This document shows, piece after piece, positions 48,606-61,249 of a stretch of 64,000 bases of DNA; the stretch's first letter is position 1; each line of letters starts with the position of its first letter. The stretch is from Octopus bimaculoides (lineage: Eukaryota): assembly GCF_001194135.2 (NCBI RefSeq), contig NC_068981.1:34619648-34683647 (forward strand), given 5' to 3'. A program made the translations under genes and the position numbers. Below the pieces are notes generated by a model. The model searched no databases. It saw only the letters and a list, made by a program, of their open reading frames with translations, and was not told where the DNA came from.

Positions 48606-49271
48606 AGTGTAGATTATCATATTTCCATATAATAAACACATTTACCCACTTCCTCCAACGCATTGAGTTCTACATCAAATGAAATATATATTGTGTATGT
48701 ATTTCAAAACACTTTATTCGTTTTATCTCTCTCTTTCTCTCTCCTCCTCTCTCTTTCTTTCTTTCTCCCCATCTCTCTCTCTCTTTCTCTCTCTCTCCCT
48801 GTCTCTGTATACACACACATGCATATATCAATGTATACATATATACACATTATATATTTCATATACATTATATAAATGTAAGTGAGTGTGCACATTATAT
48901 GCGCATGTATATAATATAGCAACAACATTATATATGCATATATGTATGATATATGTAAATATGTCTGTACTAATGTTTACCTTAAAAATCGAAATGAAGC
49001 ATGAAAACTATAATTCAAAACGACAAATAAAAATGAAAATCCTCTCATCAGCCATGGAAACCAAGATCAGCATAGGTTCGATGCATTTGAAATCCAAGGA
49101 CTTCAAATTTCATGATAATACTCTTCCGGTTGTACCAATGATAGTAAATATCACTGAAGTGCTGGTTGTGCAAGCACTAAAAGTTTAGTACAATAATAGT
49201 CAAGTGAAAAGGAAAACTGCAGTCAGTAATATAGTAAGGTAAAATTAGACATGTGTATGTATGTGTGTGTG

Positions 49272-49312
<41 letters not shown>

Positions 49313-49594
49313 CAAATAATATGTGAGTATATGCATATATACGTACATGTATGCACATACCTACGTCTACATGTATATATAGATGCATATCTGGGTACAG
49401 GACGTCACAAAAAAACGTGGACAAAATGAAAAACAAAACATAAACAGAGCACAGAAAACACACAGGCCACATAGAGAACATTAGTCTTTCGCCAAGGTAT
49501 GGAAAAACAACACTAACCAAATAATAAATATGTATGTCTGTGTCTGTGTATGTGTGTGTATGTGTATGTGTATATTCATATTCTTTTATTCTTT

Positions 49595-49690
49595 TCTTCT
49601 TTTACTTGTTTCAGTCATTTGACTTCGGCCATGCTGGAGCAAATCGATCCCAGGGCTTATTCTTTGTAAGCCTGTACTTACTCTATCGGT
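49595..49690 (-). mobile_element. SINE family A 3' tip
   Basis: ttttacttgtttcagtcatttgacttcggccatgctggagc...aagcctgtactta. Confidence 0.85.
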
Positions 49691-50346
49691 CCTTTTAAAT
49701 TGCAAAATCTTTGATCAGATTCTCAAAATTAATCTTACGTAAAACGTCTGCTTCTATACTTCGTGGAGATAAGGCATCCCGAATATTATTTTAGCAAGTT
49801 TAAAGAGATTTATTTTGTGCCTTAAACCATTTACCATTTCTGTGGTACCCCTCTTCCTTTGATACCCTAAACACGTGCTTATTTTGCTTAATGGCTAATC
49901 CAGCACTCGTGATGCAGCAGTTGATGATTGTGCTAATTATTATAGGGGTAGTCAAGACGGCCATGACTATGGCCGTCTATTGTCGATCTGCTGTTGGGGT
50001 ATGTATTTATTGTTTGTAAGCCTGACATTGTTATCGGCGAAAATAGGGCTTTACACATTGTTGTTACTGTTGTTGTTATTTTTCTTTTGTTTGTTTGTTT
50101 GTTTTGGTGGTGGTGGTGGTCGCCGTGGATGTCGGAGTGACGTGGGCAAACGATAGTAGTGTTGATGGTGTCCTATGGGTCGGACAGGTCATAGACTCAA
50201 GTGTTAGACAATGTAATAGAGATAAACATTTGACGAAACAGATCCTNNNNNNNNNNNNNNNNNNNNNNNNNNNNNNNNNNNNNNNNNNNNNNNNNNNNNN
50301 NNNNNNNNNNNNNNNNNNNNNNNNNNNNNNNNNNNNNNNNNNNNNN

Positions 50347-50545
50347 CGTTTGTTCCCCCACCATCACTTGACAACCGATGCTAGTGTGTTGACGTCCCCC
50401 GTAACTCAACAGTTCGGCAAAAGAAACCGAAAGGATAAGTACCAGGCTCACAAAGAATCAATCTTGGAGTCGATTTGTTCGACTACAGGCGGTGCTCCAG
50501 CATGGCCGTAATCAAATAACTGAAACAAATAAATGAGTAAAAGAG
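50347..50545 (+). mobile_element. SINE family A 3' half (5' part in the gap)
   Basis: cacttgacaaccgatgctagtg...ggcggtgctccagcatggccgt...aaaagagtaa. Confidence 0.88.
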
Positions 50546-50819
50546 TAATGAGTCGTCAACCTGGACATAGCTGAGTAAATCTGAAACGCCATTCGTATTT
50601 ACTATTTAATACAGACGCCACACCAAGGATTAGCTAGTGAGTTGGATCGTAAATTACAAATTGGATTTGGTTCTTGCAGATCTACGGCATCCTGCAAGCA
50701 CTTGAAGTCTATAGTGTTGTCTCATTTCACCGTGAGCTCTATGAGTTTGTGTATCATGTTATTTTGGCGTCTTTACACGTTGATGTGCCTTGGCTCTTAA
50801 GGAAACCTTGTAACTGAGT

Positions 50820-51086
50820 TATCTGTGTGTGTGTGTGTGCGTGTGCGTGTGTGTGTGTGTGTGTGTCTGTGTGTGTGTGTGTGAGTGTAGATACACATAT
50901 AAACACATACATATTCAGAGAGAAAGAGAGAGAGAGGGAGAGAGAGGGAGAGAGAGGGAAAGAGAGAGAGAGTGAGAGTGAGAGAAAGTGAGAGAGAGCG
51001 AGATATAGATAAGTAGACAGACAGACAAACAGACAAATACGCAGGTAGACAGACTGACAGACAGACAGATAGACAGACAGACAGAC

Positions 51087-51140
<54 letters not shown>

Positions 51141-51297
51141 GGAGAGAGATANNNNNNNNNNNNNNNNNNNNNNNNNNNNNNNNNNNNNNNNNNNNNNNNN
51201 NNNNNNNNNNNNNNNNNNNNNNNNNNNNNNNNNNNNNNNNNNNNNNNNNNNNNNNNNNNNNNNNNNNNNNNNNNNNNNNNNNNNNNNNNNNNNNNNN

Positions 51298-51352
<55 letters not shown>

Positions 51353-51362
51353 GGCGGAGAGA
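50820..51362. repeat. Compound (GT)/(GA)/(GACA)/(GATA) microsatellite region
   Basis: Read directly from the sequence. Confidence 0.95.
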
Positions 51363-51659
51363 GAGCGCATTAGCCTGGCATCATATATTCTGTACAAATA
51401 TCTTTGCAGTTATTTAATTAGATTTTGAATAACGGATGATAACTCCGCCATTTAGATGACGACATTTAAATTGCGGAATTCGCATGCATTACTTAAACAT
51501 CATTGAACAACTGCGAAGAAATTCGCACGACACCTATGGCGTCCGGCTACTGATAACTAGTAAAAGTGTATTCATCCACCTCTGCGGTGTTGAGTACTAC
51601 TTCTTTTAGTTCCTCGCCAACACGTATATGTATGTATATATATATATTGTTTTATTGTC

Positions 51660-51925
51660 TAATTTTTACTCGTTTCAGTCAGTTGACTGCGGCCATGCTG
51701 GAGCACCGTCTTAAAGGGTTTTAGTCGAAGAAATCAACTCCAGGACCTATTCATTGTAACCCTAGTACTTATTCTATCGGTCTCTTTTGCTGAACCGCTA
51801 GGTTACGGGGGGACATAAACATACCAGCATCGGTTTTCAAGTGATGGGGGGGAGACAAACACAGACACAAATACACACACACACACACACATAAATACAT
51901 ACATATGCAACGGGCTTCTTTCAGT

Positions 51926-51990
<65 letters not shown>

Positions 51991-52140
51991 TGCGTGTGTG
52001 TGTGTGTAATTATATAAATAGAGAGAGGAAGCCTCTGCACGGTTTTCGTTTGACAAATCCGAACAGAAGGAGTTGGTCGACCCGGCCGTAAGGAGGAAGA
52101 CACTCACCCAAATCCCTGTGCGCTATGATTGAGTTCAAAA
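51660..52140 (-). mobile_element. SINE family A interrupted by a (GT)n/(GCGT)n tract
   Basis: 3' half at 51660-51930; degenerate 5' half at 52030-52140. Confidence 0.75.
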
Positions 52141-52143
52141 CCG

Positions 52144-52481
52144 ACAAGAGCACTCAGAGAGCGCAAACCTCCGCCATGGCAACACCAACGTCCTCTCAAC
52201 GATTATCCAGAGAGGATTTTTAAAACGAGAATATCTGAAATAAACTCAACTGCTCTCACAAATGAGAATATTAAAAATGAACTCGACCGCTCTCATAAAT
52301 TAAGTAAAAAAGCAGGAAAGACAACCCAGAATCCTTGTCCGGTACCAGTCACGAGGCCAGACATCCCTGAAAGTTTCATCCGAATCCATCCAGCAGTTCT
52401 TGAGATATCTTTCTCCGCGAACAGACAAACAAACACGACTGAAAACAATACCTCCGCCTTAACGAAAACGGAGGCAAAATT
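52144..52481 (-). mobile_element. Crypton-like non-autonomous element (tyrosine-recombinase class, inferred)
   Basis: The 9-bp direct repeat acctccgcc occurs near both ends (52167-52175 and 52450-52458). The minus strand opens with a hairpin, tgcctccg...cggaggta, and closes ggcggaggtttgcgctctctgagtgctct, resembling CryptonV-type termini from memory. Confidence 0.5.
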
Positions 52482-52540
52482 GCGAAACTTTCTAACCACA
52501 CAACCATGTTACGCCTGAATTGTATGATGTGTTTCCTTTA

Positions 52541-52716
52541 CTTTTCAGAGCGTAGACTTTACAAACAGTAACTTTTCAGAGCGTAAACTTTACAAACAGT
52601 AACTTTTCAGAGCGTAAACTTTACAAACAGTAACTTTTCAGAGCGTAGACTTTACAAACAGTAACTTTTCAGAGCGTAAACTTTACAAACAGTAACTTTT
52701 CAGAGCGTAAACATTA
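52541..52716. repeat. 31-bp minisatellite, about 5.7 copies
   Basis: Unit cttttcagagcgta(g/a)actttacaaacagtaa in direct tandem with no spacers. Confidence 0.97.
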
Positions 52717-52859
52717 CAAGTAGTACTCTAACTGCAATATATGCAAATTTGAGTAGGCATTTCAGTTTAATACGTGTTTAAGTGGGATTCGGATAATAAT
52801 TGCTATGAAGTTCTTTTAGTGAGCAGAAGTGTTCAGGAGTGCTTCGCCTTCGAAGAGTG

Positions 52860-53200
52860 GTTAGGCAGCCATGGAACATGTCAAGCCAGTCTCCTTATTT
52901 TTCTATAATAAAAAGGTAAAGAACCCCTTCCTAGACACAAGTCCGAACAACATTGTTTATGGAAGACCAGCAGTCGCCCATGCATACTAGCTTCCCGTCT
53001 CCACGCCACCGATGTAAACCAAGTGAAAGGCAAAGACCGATACAGTTTGGCACCAGTGACGTCTTAACTCATTTCTACAGGTAAGTGAATTGGAGCAACG
53101 TGAAGTAAAGTGTCTTGCTCAAGAACACAACATACAGCCCGGTCCGGGAATCGAACTCACTACCCCATGATTGTGAGCTCTAACCACTGATCCATACGCC
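52860..53200 (-). mobile_element. Second CORE-like tRNA-SINE family (family F)
   Basis: Minus strand: ggcgtatggatcagtggttagagc (A box), gagttcgattcccgg (B box), ttcttgagcaagacactttacttcac (CORE-like). Confidence 0.8.
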
Positions 53201-53619
53201 TTCATTTTTCTATGTGCGAACAGAATAACGAAACATATTTGCTTTAGCCTACATTCTATAGCGCAGGTGTTACAAACTGACTAAAATATATTATCATGTG
53301 TGTGGGCGCGTGCGCGCATTTGGGTATGTGTGTATGTGAGTGTATACACATAATACATACATACACCCACATATGCAGATGTATGTATTATGTATGTATG
53401 CATGCATGTATATGTGTGTGTGTTAGTCACCAGAATTGGCTTTCCATCGATATCAATATAACAGTGCTTATTCTGAGTCTCGAGTCATGGTGTGAAAAAA
53501 ATGATTCGCTCTACTGCACAGGTCTTTCTCCCGATTCACTATGGGTGTCAATGCTTATTCTCTTCAAATTGTGTTTAACTATATCCTTATATCTCAGCCG
53601 GGTTATTAAACTATAACTT

Positions 53620-55640
53620 TTATCAACACTAACAAGTTGTGCATAGTGTTTGTTTAAGGTGGAGATTCACTCATAAGTACAGATTTCCCTGCATCAGTAT
53701 CTCTTCTATGTTAAGAAGCTTGGATTTCTCTTAGATGATTTTCCTGATTTCGTCTTTCAGGATGATATTCTTTGTTTGCTTCAAGTTTGTTATCATAAAT
53801 GCATACAGTTTCCCTTCTCCCTTTCTTTGTCTGTTTCTGGTATAATGTCTATGCCTGCGATCCATACAATAGGCTGGATAATATCAATGCTCAGCAAACT
53901 TTGCATTTCACTTGGACTATAACGTACTTGCTGTTCCAAAATTGCTCTCTGAACAGTATTGCTCGTGTTACTCAGATACGTAAAGTGGCTTACCTATATC
54001 AGCTCCTAATCTTCAATTTTGAAGGACACATACTGTACTACTTGTCTTGTGTTAGAATTAAATTAGAATTTCTTGATATTAATATTCAGCCTAAACTTTG
54101 TGGTTGCATTTCCAAAAGCACTACTCGGCCTTGCATTCCATCTGTACTGAGGGAGATAAAAACACGATCATCAGTAAACGGTATTCTTCTCATTAAAATA
54201 TGTTTAGTGTTAGTCTAAGCCAGTGTTTCTCAACCATGTTTTTTTACCTAGGGATCTCTTTGATTCCTATTTTACTAGGGGGGGGGAGGCCCCTAGTCAC
54301 CTGCTGTTAAAAAAAGACATCCAATTACATTTTTGTAATTAAATATTAGGAATTGTGTAGAAATATTATTAAAAGGTTTTGTGTATTGTAGGCGTATTAA
54401 TGGATATAAATTTTAACAGCAAAATCTTATATGGACCTCCAAGGGCCACATGGACCCCAGTTGAGAACCACTGGTCTAAGGTTTAATGTTTGATACTTAA
54501 ATGAATTTAATATCAGATCTATAGAATGACTCTTCGAAAAATCGCTGTCAAAGTAAAAATAATGTTGACGCAAGTACACAGCCCTTCTTGAAGCCCACTA
54601 TAACATCAAACTGCGCAGAACTGAGATTCAACTGCATAACTTGGGCTCTTCTATCATTTTGAAGGGATTCAAATATATTCAATTAACTTTTTCTGACGTC
54701 CGAACCTTCAGCTGAATTTTTAGTTTTGAATACTTTCGTAAAGTCAAGGAAAATCACAAACAGTACCTTGTTTTGTTACATACGTTTCTCTTACATCTGA
54801 AGGACATTGAATACCATGTTCTATTTTCCTACTGTTGTGATTTGAGTATTGAACATGGCATAAATATTAGCCGATACTCAAGAGGGTTAGTGTCGTGGAT
54901 TTGAGTGGCTGTCCAACGATCACTGGAGAGTTTCCCCAAATTCAGGGTTTTTATAACTGCTCATACACGAATTCTAGAACCGTACCTCGTGAAAGATTTC
55001 TTTAATGAAAGTTCAGAATTCGTATATGGGCAGTAATTTTTAACCAATGAGAAATTAACAATTTCTCCTGTTCGGGCAAACGAACCTACGTTCTCTCTCC
55101 GCCTCTTATGAGTTTGCTACACTACTATCGGTTTTAGCCGGAGGCTGTGGCCATGCTGGGGTGCCGCAATTAAGATATTCATAACGCTTCTTCATCTTCT
55201 AAACCTCCATTGGGTTTCAGTTGGAACTACTAGCTTTTCTCTCGGATTTCTCTATTGAGCAACATATTTATGAGCATCTTCCTGAAAATAGCAAGTAGGA
55301 AAGCTCCTTAATAATCCCTGTATTCAATTCTATAATCATTTTCGAATAAGCATTCTTCCAGCTGTGTGTGACATCCTCAGCTTATCATGGTTCCAGCATC
55401 AACTACTGAAAATATTTTATGGGTTTACTCTGTTTTCCAACACTTCTGCCGAAATCTCGTCCACTTCTACGGCCTGAGAGTGACCTCGTTGTGGCCAACA
55501 TCATTTCTTCTACACTAGGTGGATCATCCATTAATGTGATAGACAAATTTTCGAAGCTTTCAAGAAGGGCGGATAAACTCAAGAGAGGTAATGGCCTCTG
55601 ATATCTACCAAGTGCTCCGAAGTAGCACCTCAAATACGCA
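53620..55640 (-). mobile_element. RTE (BovB-like) LINE remnant covering linker, RT and post-RT region; degraded
   Basis: DDPPSVEEM; LLAIFRKMLINMLLNR; ETQWRF; MVFNVLQM*EKRM*QNKVLFVIFLDFTKVF; GFKKGCVLASTLF; FTDD; SSLLYGSQA*TLY, all in the expected RTE order. Confidence 0.85.
54221..54473. mobile_element. hAT-Charlie-type MITE (253 bp) nested in the RTE
   Basis: TIRs cagtgtttctcaac and gttgagaaccactg (13/14). 8-bp TSD gtctaagc (54213-54220) and gtctaagg (54474-54481). Confidence 0.92.
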
Positions 55641-56344
55641 GAGATATATCACTCTTTGGTCACCTACTGGTCGGCCGCTCCACTAACATGTAACAGAATC
55701 AGCACATATCAGCCAGTTCTTGCCCACTCCGTATACTATAGCTCACTGAGAGTGCGCTGCTAGTAACTGCAAAAGCTATTAGCACTTAAATCCCTTTCTT
55801 GTTAAATCTTATTAAATAATGTCAACAAGTCAAAATAATATATATAAATATTCATACACACTGCTTCTCTCTCTCTCTCTTTCTCACTATTTATCTCTAT
55901 ATCTATCTCTATTTTTCTCTCTCTTTCTCTCTCTCTCTTACCCTCTCATTTAATCATACACACATATACACACATATACATACATACATATATGTGTATG
56001 TGTGTGTGTGTTCGTGTGTATGTATATACGCTTATGCAAACATAAATATAGATAAATTCTTTTATATTATTGACTTGTTTTACCAATAGAGCGTTATAGG
56101 GCTTAAATCAATAAAGCTATTACTAAAACAAACAAGAAAAGATTACGCGGAAGCATGCTCCGAGTACTGCCAAATACTGTACATTTGTTCAGTACTGGGT
56201 GGGATTTCGTATTTTCTTATTTGTCACAGAAATGCTTACATGGAAATAAGTAGAAACTAGTTCTTTTGCTCCGCTGTCGTTCTATGTCTTGTAGTTAGCA
56301 AAGAAGCTCCTTTCCACCGCACTAATATTGTTGTTTGAGATTAC

Positions 56345-57125
56345 TATTGTTGTTGTTATTGTTGTTGTTGTCTTCTTCTTCTTCTTCTTCTTCTTCTTCT
56401 TCTTCTTCTGCTTCTTCTTCTTCCTCTTCCTCCTCCTCCTCCTCCTCCTNNNNNNNNNNNNNNNNNNNNNNNNNNNNNNNNNNNNNNNNNNNNNNNNNNN
56501 NNNNNNNNNNNNNNNNNNNNNNNNNNNNNNNNNNNNNNNNNNNNNNNNNNNNNNNNNNNNNNNNNNNNNNNNNNNNNNNNNNNNNNNNNNNNNNNNNNNN
56601 NNNNNNNNNNNNNNNNNNNNNNNNNNNNNNNNNNNNNNNNNNNNNNNNNNNNNNNNNNNNNNNNNNNNNNNNNNNNNNNNNNNNNNNNNNNNNNNNNNNN
56701 NNNNNNNNNNNNNNNNNNNNNNNNNNNNNNNNNNNNNNNNNNNNNNNNNNNNNNNNNNNNNNNNNNNNNNNNNNNNNNNNNNNNNNNNNNNNNNNNNNNN
56801 NNNNNNNNNNNNNNNNNNNNNNNNNNNNNNNNNNNNNNNNNNNNNNNNNNNNNNNNNNNNNNNNNNNNNNNNNNNNNNNNNNNNNNNNNNNNNNNNNNNN
56901 NNNNNNNNNNNNNNNNNNNNNNNNNNNNNNNNNNNNNNNNNNNNNNNNNNNNNNNNNNNNNNNNNNNNNNNNNNNNNNNNNNNNNNNNNNNNNNNNNNNN
57001 NNNNNNNNNNNNNNNNNNNNNNNNNNNNNNNNNNNNNNNNNNNNCTTCTTCTTCTTCTTCTTCTTCTTCTTCTTCTTCTTCTTCTTCTTCTTCTTCTTCT
57101 TCTTCTCGTTCTTGTTGTTGTTGCT
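56345..57125. repeat. (GTT)/(CTT)/(CCT) trinucleotide repeats flanking a gap
   Basis: Read directly from the sequence. Confidence 0.93.
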
Positions 57126-57300
57126 TAACTCCAGGTCAAATCTGGACCTAACTATTTGTATATCAGGAATTATCCCCTCCAATATATCCGCCCTCCTTGT
57201 TTTGTTTTTTTTCTTCTTTTTTTTTTTGAAGACGGTAGAGTGTGAATTGAGGGAAATTTAGTTGCCATTACTAGCAGATCGAGTGACCGCGTAGAACCCC
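57110..57300 (-). mobile_element. SINE-like family D
   Basis: ttgttgttgcttaactccaggtcaaatc...gagggaaatttagttgccattactagcagatcgagtgaccgcgtag. Confidence 0.7.
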
Positions 57301-58788
57301 CTACCCAACTCATTCGGCGGCTCGTGACTTTACAATAAAATAATACACGAACTGTTACAATATGACCAAGTCGATGCAGTGTGTCATTCTTTATAACTAG
57401 TTGACACGGTTCACCACATTACAACTAGGTTAAAGCAATATAACTCTAAAGAGCTAGTCTTAAATGTCTTAAGTTGCCAAATATCAAAATAATGCACTAT
57501 CAAGAGCTGTATTAAATAGGAGAAATCTTAAGATATATCAAATCTACATTAAGAAATACGTCTGATAAATTTGAGTTCAGATATAAGATCTTTTAACGGG
57601 TTCTGTTTTTATTTGATGACATAATGTCTCTGAAGCTTTATTCAGTTTGTTTATGGGTTTAGAATTGCTATTTGATGTTTGTTCAGTGGAAGCAAGCGAG
57701 TTATGACAATAAAATGAGTGTAATGATAGCTAGCTTAATGAGCTGTGTACTTTAAAGTAACTCGTTTAAATTCCTTAAGTACTGAGCGTGATTCCATGTA
57801 AGTTCGACTTTGCTTATCTTTTACATTCAGCAGCAAGTTTACCGAGACGATCGTTAATCGTCTTTAGAGCAATTATAAGTTACCTTTGGTTGATTTCAAA
57901 ATCGGAACTGTTCTTTGACCGGCAGTGAATTGATTGAGTTGTAAGAATGTTGGATAGAATGCCTCGTGGAAATTGTTTCGACTTGCTGTGTTCTGAGTTC
58001 AAAACTTCCTAGGTCAACTTTGTTTTTCATCCTTTAGTGGTGGTTAAAAAGGAAAAAAAAAACTGCAGCAATTTAAGATGGTGGATTTACTGGCTTGTAG
58101 GAACGGGAGACTGGATGCTTTGCAGTATTTGTTTCAAGTCTGATGCAAGCATTTCGGGTCAGGTTTCCGATTTGAGGAGCCATTCCTTCCGCCTTCTGGT
58201 CTCCAAAACACAAACATTGCAGGATATAATTGAATCTTTACTCAAATTACAGCAATATTAAATTGAGGTCGAACAAAATGGTCTCCCCAACGAGAGAAAG
58301 AGAGGGGGGATTGTGAAGAGGAGAAAGATGGGAAGAGAGAGAGAGAAAACAGCGTTTGTACTACAACTACACTTCGGTTCTTTTCTTTAGCTTCCTCTAA
58401 TCATGGTTGAGCTATTTTCCTTCAGCCCTATTCTTGTTATTTACAATCAGCCTCACCACTGTCCTATGCTTCTTTTATAAAGCCTAATAAAGCTGAAACA
58501 TGCCTGTCGCTTTCTCTAGTTAAATTTCAAGACCGGATCCTTACCAACCTGTATTTTCCATATTGTGCAAAACTTTTAGTCAGCTGATATCACTGGAGTT
58601 GCCTTTCTTGCTTCTTGCCTTTAGATTTTTCACACCACTAGAGTGATATTTTACCCACTAATTACCGGGATGATTGACACATACATTTGTAAGATTCTAC
58701 AATATTTCGGAATTAGCCATGGATGCCATATCTTCCCCCTTCTCATGTTTCCTATAGATGTGGGAAGCAAATATTTCGAAGAGAAAAC

Positions 58789-58844
58789 TAAGTGGTGGGA
58801 TGTAAGTGGTGGGATGTAAGTGGTGGGATGTAAGTGGTGGGATG
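58789..58844. repeat. 14-bp tandem repeat, four copies
   Basis: (taagtggtgggatg)4. Confidence 0.95.
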
Positions 58845-58949
58845 GAAGAAATAGCAAAAGATCAGACTGGTTCTTTATTTTGTGTTAGACATTAAGGTTA
58901 AGGTCATGCTGTAGCGTGTACATGTTTAAATTATTTTGTTTCCTCCTTT

Positions 58950-59330
58950 TGAGCTCTCATACCTTTCAACTGTGACTTTTCATTTTAATAAAAAAACGAT
59001 TGTTATTGTTGCTACTATCTGGTCTCAACTCAGCTATGATCAATCAGAATTCAGATGTGTTCCTACCATCACTATAATTATCATTCACCATTATAGCTTC
59101 TGGTTTGTGTTCATACCACTTTTCTGTCACACTCCAGCCTAAAATTCCCGATGCACTCCTTTACTGATAAATGCTTTCTGCATTTACTTAAAAAAGGATT
59201 ACTACTTTCATCTCCTTTTCCACTGATTCTGCTTATGCTCTCTGAGTGAGTTTTATCAATCTCAGCCTTTATCAAATTCGTTCTAATGGCTTCTTCTTGA
59301 GTGGCTTTGTTCTGATTAATTAACGTTCTG
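58950..59330 (-). mobile_element. Old R4/Dong-type C-terminal fragment
   Basis: QEEAIRTNLIKAEIDKTHSESISRISGKGDESSNPFLSKC (cf. QDQAIRTN.IKA.IDK...CR.C...ET..H..S.C), followed by WYEHKPE and RPD. Confidence 0.7.
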
Positions 59331-59344
59331 TGTTTAGATGTCGT

Positions 59345-59470
59345 CGAAGTCAACTTTGCTTTTTATTTTTGCAGGGTCAGTAAAATAAAGTACCAGTTAA
59401 GTACTGGGGTCGATGGCATCGACTAAACACCTTCCTTAAATTAATGGCCTTGTGTCTAAATTTTGAAACA
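59345..59470 (+). mobile_element. SINE family B, 3' part
   Basis: gaagtcaactttgc...aaaataagtaccagttaagtactggggtcgatggcatcgac. Confidence 0.8.
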
Positions 59471-60200
59471 ATTGTTGTTGTTGTTGTTAGCAGTTCTGAT
59501 CGTATGAGTTTACAAAGTTCCGCTTTGACAGTGGTTCATAAAGAATCTCTGGATGAATATTTTCTTTGTTTAGTTTAGCAACAAGAGGGCTTAGAATGTA
59601 TAAACACGCTCTCCATTAACTGCGATAGAATAGAGGTCCATTTAAGCATTGTTTTTAATCGTGTTTATATTTTGTTTATATTTACAGCCATTTATTATGT
59701 CTATTTCGTTCTAAAATGAGTAATTTTGTAGTTGATAGAAAAAAAGCTAACCACAACAGTGGTAGCTATTAATATATCCCACGAATTATTGCTCTAAAAA
59801 AGTAGAAACAATTAAGTAAATATAGTTTTTAATGTACGCATTTATAATCACAACGTGAAAATAATAAAAGTGGCAAAAAAAAACATGAAATTGTATTACA
59901 AAAACATTGTAAGCAGTAACGAAGAAAACAACGCAGGCTACCTAACGTTTGCTAACGTTGTAAGTTGAATGCGAATGCTAGACATTAGTTAATATCAGTA
60001 AATGAAAAAAGTGTCACAAAAGAGAGTGCTTTCTTGTCTGAGGAATTTTTCCAAGTGTGGGCTAGTACGAAATTTACACATATCGTCTCTTTTCCCTTGC
60101 GTGGGTCGTTTGATTTTATTTGGTTCGAGTGCTAAATGTTTAAGCATATTGCATTACGCTTTACTCTACATCGCCATTTATTATTATTAATATTATTATT

Positions 60201-60728
60201 GAGTGAGACAGCAGTGCATGCCATCAAAGTGACACTGGGATAAAAAATATATGAAGCCCACTAAACCAATCATGACTACCCATCTGATAAGGGTACACCA
60301 GGCACATGCATCACAACCATATGTGCGCGACATGGTGGCTTCATATCAAAGTTAAACAGTGCATGAACTTTCAGGTGGGGCCCAGTTAGAATTGTCTTCA
60401 GGTCGAGTAGCCCATCCCACTCAAAAGGCACCTGAATAAAGTTTGTTTAAAGATTTTGAACGAAACACCCATGTTTCTCGGGGTGAATTATTCAAACTCC
60501 AAAGAAATCCTCTCAAAACATGGCTATGATATCCCCCCCACTATTTCTGCTCGTGATCAGAGATTCACATATCGTCAGTCACTAAGCAGCTTAACAGGTT
60601 ATGGTCAAGCTACTGACAAGCAAATCTGTGGTATTGAACAGAATATTTGCTGTAGCCCATTTTTTATACCAAGACAAAACATGTACATGATAACACTTCC
60701 AGTAAGTTACGATCAGAAGCCATGAGAG
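60201..60728 (-). mobile_element. TAA-tailed retroposon family E, copy 2 (shorter at the inferred 5' end)
   Basis: Collinear with 28031-28610; preceded by (ATT)n at 60178-60200. Confidence 0.85.
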
Positions 60729-61249
60729 TCAATTATTGTTATAAACATTATTGTTATATCAAAGAAATTAGATAGGTTTTGGAAGCTTCGTGAGTTTGTG
60801 TTTTATTTTTCTTGTTTAGGGGCTTCTCTTTGTTGTTTTTTATTGGTCTGAGCTTTTGAGTTCACAAGAGCCACAAGGGACTGATAAACTGTCTTTGTTA
60901 TTCGATGTAAGGCACAATTTTTAAAAAGAAAGGAACTTTTTCGGAAAAGAAATATTTTCAAAATGGCTTCGTTTCTGCAGGTCGACTAAATAGTAATAGC
61001 AGCAGCAACAGTAGTAATAACGTTAAGAACAGCAATAGTATTAACAACAACAATGACAACAGTAACAACAGCAAGAACAATGACTTGTCAAACAAAGAAG
61101 CTCGCAGAATTTCCAGCTGGAGAGAGAAGTCTACAGCCAACGCCATCACTGCTATGGTAATAGTTTGTAACAGCAGAAACAAAAGTACCACCACACAAAT
61201 AGTAAGTAATAACGATAGCAAGGACGTCAAACGTAACAGCAAGGGTTTC

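Noticed and set aside
48886-49240. 100-aa ORF or possible exon in unique sequence
   Set aside because: It starts in microsatellite-like sequence, candidate splice boundaries include stops in all frames, and no domain was recognised.
52541-52716. 31-bp repeat as a CRISPR array
   Set aside because: The units are directly adjacent with no unique spacers, there are no cas genes, and the context is eukaryotic.
58380-58780. Possible RT remnant (FIKEA*DS) on the minus strand
   Set aside because: Only one weak motif was found and neighbouring motifs could not be placed.
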